From Naegleria gruberi (taxonomy: Eukaryota), in assembly GCA_000004985.1 (NCBI GenBank), contig GG738923.1: a stretch of DNA of 64,000 bases; one strand, given 5' to 3'. The position numbers and the translations under genes are program-made. Shown here piece after piece: positions 1-7,205 of the stretch (the first letter of the stretch is position 1; every line of letters starts with the position of its first letter). The notes beneath the pieces were generated by a model. The model was not told the DNA's origin and searched no databases. It was given only the letters and a program-made list of their open reading frames with translations.

Positions 1-12
1 GCGCGCCAATAT
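1..12. promoter_or_regulatory. GC-rich E2F-like element GCGCGCCAAT at the window edge, about 375 bp upstream of the thymidine kinase ATG (truncated by the window start)
   Basis: Sequence gcgcgccaatat at positions 1-12. It shares GCGCCAATA with the palindromic TTGGCGCCAATA found upstream of the DNA ligase gene at 12513-12524. The E2F consensus is TTTSSCGC. Confidence 0.25.
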
Positions 13-376
13 TTTTCGTTACACAAAACACTTTGCAAAATAATCCAAACAAAAAAAAAGCGACAAATCTCCTGAACTCAAAGTCAAAGTACACACAATT
101 TGATTTTGATCATCTCCAACACTCAAGGTAGGTTAATCAACATTCTCCGAGATGCTAAATCATTGAATCAATATCGTTCATCACGACAATTTTCCAATCA
201 ATTTTAAAAAACTCCAAAATCTTGGAAACTTTCTATGAAAAGAAGGAAAAAACGTTTCAAAAAAATCAACGAAGAAAACAAACTCTAGATTCTCATCACC
301 ACGAAATCTTTGTAGTTGAAGAAGAAGGAATTTTTAAACACACATCTCTGATTTAATAATTATTCAAACTTAAACA

Positions 377-1204
377 ATGTCTGATATTGCCACTATCGAA
401 CCTAGTGCTACACCATCCACTCCTAAAAAGTCATCACCAAAGGCTTCATGTTCTTCTACTCCTTCAAATAGTAGTAAACCAAATGGTGAAGCTATCAATG
501 TTTCCACTCCAAATTCAGCACTCCACTTGTCTAATCAATATGGTTTTCCATTGAATTATAATGGTCAAATTCAACTCATCTTTGGTAATATGTTTGCTGG
601 TAAAACCTCGGAATTGTTGAGAAGATTACGTAGATATCAATATGCTCAAAAGGAAACCGTATTGGTAAAGTACATCAATGATGACCGTTACAGTAAGGAA
701 AATGTGTCAACACACGACTTGGTTCAACAAAAAGCTATTCCGACAGATCGTCTCGAAAAGATTGCTTCACAATTGCTTGGTTATCATGTTATTGGTATTG
801 ATGAAGGTCAATTCTTCCCTGATTTGGTTGAATTCTGTGAAGCTGCTGCTAATGGAGGTAAAATTGTAATTGTTAGTGCTTTGGATGGTACTTTCCAAAG
901 AAAACAATTTGGAAATGTTCTTTCATTGGTTCCAATGGCTGAAAGTGTTGTGAAACTTAAGGCTGTTTGTATGGTTTGTGGTAAAGATGCTGCCTTCTCT
1001 AAACGTATCACTGATGAACAACAAACTGAAGTTATTGGTGGATCTGATAAGTATATTGCCACTTGTAGAAAGTGTTATATGACTAGAAATACTCCATATT
1101 CAAAGAAGAGTAAGAGCGTTTTCCAAGATTCCATGTTAGAAGAACATGAAGAATGCTCTGATTATTCTGAACATTGTGAAATTTTCTCTCCTCAAAAACA
1201 CTAA
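377..1204 (+). CDS. TK1: Thymidine kinase, TK1 family (275 aa), with a roughly 60-aa S/T/P-rich N-terminal extension and an acidic C-terminal tail
   Basis: True ATG at 377 in an A-rich context (ttaaacaATG). P-loop IFGNMFAGKTSELLRR aligns with TK1 IYGPMFSGKSTELIRR. VIGIDEGQFF aligns with the VIGIDEAQFF motif. Zinc-ribbon cysteines are present (CMVCGKDAAFSKR ... CRKCY). Stop is TAA at 1202-1204. Confidence 0.85.
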   Translation: MSDIATIEPSATPSTPKKSSPKASCSSTPSNSSKPNGEAINVSTPNSALHLSNQYGFPLNYNGQIQLIFGNMFAGKTSELLRRLRRYQYAQKETVLVKYINDDRYSKENVSTHDLVQQKAIPTDRLEKIASQLLGYHVIGIDEGQFFPDLVEFCEAAANGGKIVIVSALDGTFQRKQFGNVLSLVPMAESVVKLKAVCMVCGKDAAFSKRITDEQQTEVIGGSDKYIATCRKCYMTRNTPYSKKSKSVFQDSMLEEHEECSDYSEHCEIFSPQKH

Positions 1205-1447
1205 GCATTCTGTTACAAAAATTGTTGAGCTAGTTCTCAATCTAGGTAGTTACAACCAGTAACGCTCTCTAATGGTAATGCACAAGTTGTATGTGTGCTC
1301 AATCCAACCTAACAACCCACAATATTAAAACATTATTTATTTTAAATCAATTCGGTTTTATTTAATTTCGCCTCTTTGCTAAAATTATATTATTTGCGAT
1401 ATTTAAATGTGCAAAACAAAATCATTCAATTATACTAACAAAAACAA

Positions 1448-1624
1448 ATGAATCAACAACCAAACAATCAAGATAGAGAAATTGCCAAGACTGAAACATG
1501 TCCATGCCCTGAGCAAGATAAAAAACCATTTGACATCTCACAGAAGAAACAGTGTGAGGGAACAAAGAAAGTTTGTGATGAGAATGGATGCAGAGATGTT
1601 CCTTGTTTGTATTTTGCTAGTTAA
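1448..1624 (+). CDS. Candidate small Cys-rich protein (58 aa): MNQQPNNQDREIAKTETCPCPEQDKKPFDISQKKQCEGTKKVCDENGCRDVPCLYFAS
   Basis: ATG in an A-rich context (aaaaacaaATG). Six cysteines in 58 aa. Codon usage resembles neighbouring genes, and local GC is higher than the flanking AT-rich spacer. It sits in the 495-bp gap between the TK stop and the DyP stop. It is below the 60-aa ORF-track cutoff and has no recognisable family. Confidence 0.3.
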   Translation: MNQQPNNQDREIAKTETCPCPEQDKKPFDISQKKQCEGTKKVCDENGCRDVPCLYFAS

Positions 1625-1698
1625 ACTCGCGTTTTATAAGGTTTAAGGCCACTCCCAATAACATTGTAAATAAAATGTACTATTATATTTCAAAAATA

Positions 1699-2799
1699 TT
1701 ACAACCTTGAAGGTCTATAGCTTGTCAATTTCTCTCGCATTTTCAATAACGTTCCAATAGAAGGAATAAAATACAGCGAGCCTAAAATATTAGTGGAAAA
1801 TCTCATAATATGATCATTGTGACCTTGTGGAGTGGCATATTCGCCCTTTCCAACCATGCTCTCCAATTGATGAATGAAGGTTTTTCCAGAGTTTGCATAC
1901 GAAATGAAGAATAATCCATGTTGTGATGAATTTCCAAAGCTCATTGATTGCCTCACAACCTCAATTTCATCTCCGTCCTTTTCTAAAGTGACACGAGCCA
2001 CATGGGAAGTTTCTGGCTTATTTTCCAACTCGATGCTATCCTCTTTCGTTCTTCCAATATCATTCTCTTGTTCTTTCAATGAAAGTGAATTGAAAAATTT
2101 GAGATTGTGAACCCATTTCTGAGCCAAGAGGAAACTATCCTTTTCATTGGTGAGGGTTGCCTCAATTTTCTCTTCCATTTCTTTTGGATTTTCAGTTCCA
2201 TCCTCGAATCCACTCAAATCTCTTCCAAGACCAGATTTCTTATTTCTTCTATGGAGGAATGCATAGGTTTCATCCTGAATTTTCTTTATCAATGGAGAAA
2301 TAAATTCATGATTTGCAAAATCCTGAGTAGCTCTAAAACAATTGTCCATATTTACAGATTTAATGTGAAGAAATAAATCTCCACCAGTATTTGGAAAACC
2401 ACCAAATTTACCCTTCAAATCTTTAGGATATTGTGGAAATATTTCTGCCTGCATATATTCTCTTACATAATCCAGTGAATTATCTTGTATATTTCCTAAA
2501 ATTGAATTGGTCAACTCATATCCAAATCCAACAGCAAACTGTGTGCATTTTTCTTTATTCCACCTCTCCATAATCTGCAAACAAGCTTCCACTAATTTAA
2601 AATAAATTTTCATAGCCTTCCCATTTGATGAACTCTTCAGCTCATCCTTCAATTCAATCGTAACAAAACAAGCATGATCCGAGATTGGAGTTAATATCGT
2701 CGATTGGCAATGTTTCTCACCATGCCGATGATGGTGATGATTCTCATGGTGTGCGTGATGATGATGGTGATGATTATGCAAGTGATGCAGTGAGGACAT
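1699..2799 (-). CDS. DyP-type (dye-decolorizing) heme peroxidase family protein, 366 aa, with a His-rich N-terminus (HHLHNHHHHHHAHHENHHHHRH)
   Basis: N-terminal hallmark QSTILTPISDHACFVTIEL resembles the GILTPxxxHAxFxxxD motif of DyP/EfeB. GFEDGTENP matches the GFKDGTxNP distal-Asp motif. TSHVARV fits the proximal-His region. ATG at 2797-2799 on the minus strand is preceded by an A-run. Stop TAA is at 1699-1701 (minus). Confidence 0.6.
   Translation of the reverse strand: MSSLHHLHNHHHHHHAHHENHHHHRHGEKHCQSTILTPISDHACFVTIELKDELKSSSNGKAMKIYFKLVEACLQIMERWNKEKCTQFAVGFGYELTNSILGNIQDNSLDYVREYMQAEIFPQYPKDLKGKFGGFPNTGGDLFLHIKSVNMDNCFRATQDFANHEFISPLIKKIQDETYAFLHRRNKKSGLGRDLSGFEDGTENPKEMEEKIEATLTNEKDSFLLAQKWVHNLKFFNSLSLKEQENDIGRTKEDSIELENKPETSHVARVTLEKDGDEIEVVRQSMSFGNSSQHGLFFISYANSGKTFIHQLESMVGKGEYATPQGHNDHIMRFSTNILGSLYFIPSIGTLLKMREKLTSYRPSRL
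2706..2790 (-). repeat. Imperfect CAT/CAC codon repeat encoding the poly-His tract of the DyP-like protein
   Basis: Plus strand reads catgccgatgatggtgatgattctcatggtgtgcgtgatgatgatggtgatgattatgcaagtgatg; the reverse complement gives runs of CAC/CAT (His) codons. Confidence 0.6.
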
Positions 2800-2967
2800 T
2801 TTTTTTCTACTTGATTTTTATGTTTGAGGAAAACTTCAAAATTTCCCGCCTCTGTAATCCTCTTCAATATTCAATTATAACTTTATGTTAATCTTAATAA
2901 ATATTATTAAATCAATTCATCAAACCTTTGATATTTATTGTAAACTTGCAAGTTCATCTTTAAAAAA

Positions 2968-4020
2968 ATGTCTCAATACAACAACACTAACACATTCCAT
3001 CCACAACCAACAAATACAACAATAACTTCAGCACCACTCACGAGAGGAATTCGCTCCATTTCTAATTGTCCAGACGTGATAGAGGCTCTTGTTCAAGTGT
3101 TGGCTCATCTCGATCCTGTGGTAGAACAATATTTATTCAAACAACAACATGATGATCATCAGATCAAATCGGATGAAAGATCGGAACTTGGGGTAGCCTT
3201 TGATAGGGTATGTAGGAGTGTGTGGAGTCTTGATCAAGGTAGTAGTGAACCTGTTGATGGTTCAGCTTTGGGTGGGTTATTTCCTATGGAAAGTGGTATC
3301 TCCCTTGATTTTGTGGAGGCTTTGAATATTGTGGTCGATGCTTGTCGTGGGAATTTTAATTTTTGTAAAGGAATGACATCTAATTGGATAAGAAGTGATG
3401 ATTGTCCAATATGTGGTTGTAAATCTGCAAGCGAAAGAAAGGAAGAGTTTTGTTCAATCAAGGTGCCAAGTAATCAGTGGAAAGAGTTTGAAAAAAGTGG
3501 AGTGTTGAATCTGAAGGAGGTAGAAACAATTGAAGGATATCATTGTGATGTGTGTTCATTTAGTAAGCCTGCTGAAATTTCTCGTTCCATCAGTCAAGCT
3601 CCACAAATATTGATTTTACAAATGGATCGTTTCTGTTTCGATTATGAAACATTTAATGTTGTTAAAAAGAATGATTTTTACAAGGTTTATCTTAATCAAC
3701 AATTGAAACTATTGATGGAAAATAATTCTTTGGAATCCTATGAATTGGTTGCTGTAGTGAATCATTATGGATTGCAGACATCAGGTTCTTATGGAGGATT
3801 CTTTTTAAATCCAACCAATAGAAGATGGTACAAAGTAGCTTGCCCAAATCAGGTTCCAACTCTTGTTGAAGACTTTAGTACAATCAACAATGTCTCAAAT
3901 TATGTTTATTTCTTTAAGAAGGCAGCTGAAAAGAAATCATGGCAATCTACTGCCTTGTCCAGCCAGTCTGTATCAGATATTTCATTTTCCTTCACGAATG
4001 AAGAAGACTGTGAAATGTAA
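2968..4020 (+). CDS. Ubiquitin carboxyl-terminal hydrolase (USP / peptidase C19)-like protein, 350 aa, probably a catalytically inactive pseudo-deubiquitinase
   Basis: Degenerate Cys-box GIRSISNCPDVIEALVQVL (canonical GLxNLGNTCYMNSxLQCL). USP finger zinc ribbon CPICGC ... CDVC. QILILQMDRF matches the LxLxLKRF motif. His-box YELVAVVNHYGLQTSGSYGGFF ... WYKVACPNQV keeps the first His, but the catalytic GHY His is Ser (GSY) and the FDD Asp is replaced (VAC). ATG at 2968 in the context aaaaaaaATG. Confidence 0.55.
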   Translation: MSQYNNTNTFHPQPTNTTITSAPLTRGIRSISNCPDVIEALVQVLAHLDPVVEQYLFKQQHDDHQIKSDERSELGVAFDRVCRSVWSLDQGSSEPVDGSALGGLFPMESGISLDFVEALNIVVDACRGNFNFCKGMTSNWIRSDDCPICGCKSASERKEEFCSIKVPSNQWKEFEKSGVLNLKEVETIEGYHCDVCSFSKPAEISRSISQAPQILILQMDRFCFDYETFNVVKKNDFYKVYLNQQLKLLMENNSLESYELVAVVNHYGLQTSGSYGGFFLNPTNRRWYKVACPNQVPTLVEDFSTINNVSNYVYFFKKAAEKKSWQSTALSSQSVSDISFSFTNEEDCEM

Positions 4021-4289
4021 ATTCTTCTTGAACTGTTGTCGACCATTATAAGCTGTGAAAATCTTGAATTCTCCCTTTCCATCATCGTTTGGAAACCAAA
4101 CTAATCTGGATTGTTCTGGATTTTCAACATCCCCAATAAATTCTCTTGTCCAATTCAGAGTTTACGAATTTATCCATCATTCCAACCATATTCCAAATGC
4201 CAAATGTGAAATTATTAATGATATGGTGAATAATACACAACAGGAGAAAATGAATTTCCAATTTTTATTAGAATTTTAATTTAAAAAAA

Positions 4290-5159
4290 ATGAAGCGGTC
4301 AGTAACTAATGAAGGCCATCAAAAGAACAAGAAAAAGAAAAGCACTTATTCCAATTCTTCATCATTTAAATTTGTTGATTTGCCTTCCGAAATGATTGGT
4401 AACATTCTTGATTATTCACTCATAAGTGATGGATTATCACTCGTCACTACATGTAAACAATTCCACAACGATCACTACAACGAACATTTATTGTTCTCTC
4501 CATGCAAGTATATGAAATTAATGGCAAATATGACACCTTATCAATTGAAACTGCACCATAAAGCAGCAACTCATATGAAAGATCAAATGAGAGCCAAAGA
4601 GATTTATGAGAATGAAAAGAAGAAATTCAAATGCATGTTGAAATTAATTAAAAAAGAAATTGGAAAGAAAACAGCACGTGAATTGAAAAAAAAACTTTTC
4701 AAGAAAGTGATTTATAACAAAATAGATGCACAAGACACCAGAAGAGAAATAACAATTGGAGAATGTTCTATCATTCATGAATCAAGTTTTGAGTCAAATA
4801 TTCAAAGTTATGAAAGTATTGATGCACAGGTTTGGTATTCATGTAAAATTGTTAAGGATAATGAGGTTTATGAAATAGTTGACAACTGTTCATGGTTATG
4901 TGACAGTCAAGGAACGTGCACTACTGATGATCTAAATGAGCTATTAACTATTGATCATAATATAGATTCTAAATTAGTGTTAGCTTGCTTGCTCATGACA
5001 GCTCCTCTACTGAGCTGGTCAGTTGTGAAGAATGAATATCCAACTTCATTTTCTTCGAATAAGCCACCTGAAATATATTTTAGTGGTTCGATTACTTTAA
5101 CCAAGCAATCAGCTTCTATTAATGATATCGTGCAACAAGTGTTCAATTGGGCCATATAA
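4290..5159 (+). CDS. F-box domain protein (289 aa), K-rich, no other recognisable domain
   Basis: FVDLPSEMIGNILDYSLISDGLSLVTTCKQFHN fits the F-box consensus LPxEIxxxIxxxLxxxDLxxxxxVCKxW. ATG at 4290 in the context aaaaaaaaATG. Stop TAA at 5157-5159. Confidence 0.45.
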   Translation: MKRSVTNEGHQKNKKKKSTYSNSSSFKFVDLPSEMIGNILDYSLISDGLSLVTTCKQFHNDHYNEHLLFSPCKYMKLMANMTPYQLKLHHKAATHMKDQMRAKEIYENEKKKFKCMLKLIKKEIGKKTARELKKKLFKKVIYNKIDAQDTRREITIGECSIIHESSFESNIQSYESIDAQVWYSCKIVKDNEVYEIVDNCSWLCDSQGTCTTDDLNELLTIDHNIDSKLVLACLLMTAPLLSWSVVKNEYPTSFSSNKPPEIYFSGSITLTKQSASINDIVQQVFNWAI

Positions 5160-5914
5160 ATAGTAAATGCTTATTCATTGTTGGGTGTTGAAAACTTATT
5201 CACTGTTGTGATGGTTGTATATTATTGACAATTTCTTCTTTTGAGTGAAAGGATTGTACGGGCATAAATTTTTGCACTACTATTGAATAGTTGCGTATTG
5301 ATTAGTGATTCTATTGAGTTATCAACACATTGATGCCAAACATTGGAGTAAACTTCCTAAGATAATCAACATATTCATCATGCACACAAATTCCAAAATC
5401 CAATTCTCAATATTCGACACTTCATTAAATTCATCCCATTCCGTTTCTTCCGTTTTAAAAGCAAAATCCCTAAATAAATGTCTCGTACTCGCCACTCGAT
5501 ACCAGGAAATTAAAAAGCAATTGGAAATAATTTGTCTTAATTTTCTTGTAATATTGCAACATTTTACAATGAGTATTTTAAAGATCTTCATATTGTAAAG
5601 ATTCATCACAACCAGCATTTTGTGTTATTTTTAAATCAAAAAAAAGATAAAAAGTATTTAAGATCGGAATTGATTACATTTAACAATTTTCATAAAGAGA
5701 TATTTATTCTCAATTAATATCAAATCATATCCACCTTTAGATTAATATTTCAATGATCAACACCATTATTAACAACTCTCATCAAAAAACAACATTAAAT
5801 TCCTTAATCTCCATCATCAAACATACTTCTCTCCCTTAGAAATATGATCATCCACTCACCAAACATGGTCCCTATCTTCTCCAAACATGTCCACCTCCAT
5901 TACTCTTCCCATAT

Positions 5915-5979
5915 GTTAATACGTTAATATTAACGAGTTTGCAAGTTCTTGAAAGTGCTTCACAAGATTGAATCTTGTG
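5915..5979. promoter_or_regulatory. Two perfect palindromes in the roughly 1-kb intergenic region, about 160-270 bp upstream of the gene starting at 6185: cgttaatattaacg (5922-5935, with tandem GTTAAT half-sites) and cacaagattgaatcttgtg (5961-5979)
   Basis: Read directly: tgttaatacgttaatattaacg and cacaagatt-g-aatcttgtg. Perfect 14-bp and 19-bp dyads. Confidence 0.25.
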
Positions 5980-6184
5980 ATCCGCAAACCTTTTTGCTTT
6001 CAACACGTTCCATTTCCAGACCATCATCAAAAAAAAAACTTTCCACATCAAGTTGCTAATTTTCTATATTTTGCCTTTAAAGAAATCTGAGCAGGAAATT
6101 AAGTGATTGGTTTAATTTTAGAGGTCTTCCCGTTGGTTGTGTCACTTCCGAAAGTTTTTATTGTTATTAATCATCATCATCATC

Positions 6185-7191
6185 ATGATGACAAGAAATT
6201 CTAGTCCGCTAGAAGGAAGAGAGGAGAATGGTGGACAACAAGATGATTTGAATGTTGTGTCATCAGCATCATCATTAACAAACTCATCATCATTTAATGG
6301 AAAGGATGCACAGCAATATGTGGGAGGAGTTTATAATAATAGACCCTCACCTATTAGGTATACATCACATTTAGGAATGCCAAAACATCAAAGTCCAAAT
6401 ACTGTGGCGAATGCAAATAGCTCTTCTTCAAATAGTGGTGGAGATGTGAAGGAAGAGGTGAATCCACTAAAGAGAAGATATTGTGATAATGATGATATGT
6501 TATTCGAGGTGCAAGAGAAACAATTACAAACACAGAAATATTTAACAATAGTACCATATGAAATCACCAATCATGATAGCGGTCAATTATTGACCTGTGT
6601 GAGAGGAAATAGACTTCCCATGTTGGTGAACAAGTTGGTTGATGAGGTGAATGAATATTTGAAAACTAATTCAGAAGAGGATGAGGAGGAAAAGGTTGTG
6701 GATGTGTATGCAATCCAAACAATGTTTTTGAATACAATTATGAGAATTGATTTATTTAATAACGAAGTGGGTGTTTATGATAGTGTTAAAAATAGAGTAT
6801 TTAAAGATTTGAAAATGGTAATGAGCCCTCCTGATTACTATCCGTTCAGTAAGTTTATTTTGAGTATGGACCTATTCACAATTTATCAGATTATCCAACA
6901 TTTTATGGAAAGGAAACTGATGAAGAATCTATTACAAATTATAACAAATTAATGGAATCTGATGAGATGTTTGATTTGAGGAAAAGTTATCAAACAAAAT
7001 ATACCAAAGCTTGGACTAAGGAGGAAAGAAAGAAATTCCAAGAAGGTTTAAAATTATTTGGTTATGGACATGATAGTAATAAGAAGATTGCTGAACATAT
7101 GGGCTCTTCAATTCACCCTAATCAAGTAGCTCACGAAAAACAAAAATTACAGCAACGTCACCAAAAGAAGAGAAAGAGAGCAAAGAAATAA
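6185..7191 (+). CDS. Myb/SANT (SHAQKYF-like) domain protein, probably one gene made of ORF 6137/6185-6952 plus ORF 6952-7191 joined by a short intron (candidate donor GTAAGT at 6849; candidate acceptors AG at 6889 or 6925)
   Basis: Likely start ATGATG at 6185 (the upstream LLLLIIIIIMM comes from a ttattgttattaatcatcatcatcat tract). The downstream ORF encodes WTKEERKKFQEGLKLFGYGHDSNKKIAEHMGSSIHPNQVAHEKQK, which matches the Myb/SANT pattern WTxEExxxFxxxLxxxGxGxWxxIAxxxG...QVxSHAQKY. The downstream frame is open back to 6853, exactly at the TAA inside the GTAAGT donor. The two ORFs abut with zero spacing (TAA at 6950-6952, ATG at 6952-6954). Confidence 0.45.
6849..6925 (+). other. Putative 77-nt intron (alternative 41 nt, 6849-6889) joining the two Myb-gene ORFs
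   Basis: GTAAGT at 6849-6854. AG acceptors at 6888-6889 and 6924-6925 both give intron lengths of 2 mod 3, as needed to move from frame 2 to frame 1. Intron AT content is lower than in the confirmed ligase intron, so this is tentative. Confidence 0.3.
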
Positions 7192-7205
7192 CTGTGGAAT
7201 CAATT

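Noticed and set aside
678-1062. Internal ORFs 678-869 (plus) and 808-1062 (minus) overlapping thymidine kinase
   Set aside because: They sit inside a strongly supported TK coding frame and have no motifs of their own.
4055-4279. 74-aa ORF immediately upstream of the F-box gene
   Set aside because: Its start codon is non-ATG and it has no features. It lies in the A-rich 5' leader/promoter of the F-box gene (true ATG at 4290).
5305-5618. Two overlapping about 97-aa ORFs on opposite strands in the intergenic region
   Set aside because: Both are AT-rich chance ORFs with non-canonical starts, no domain signal and mutual overlap. There is no basis to call either a gene.
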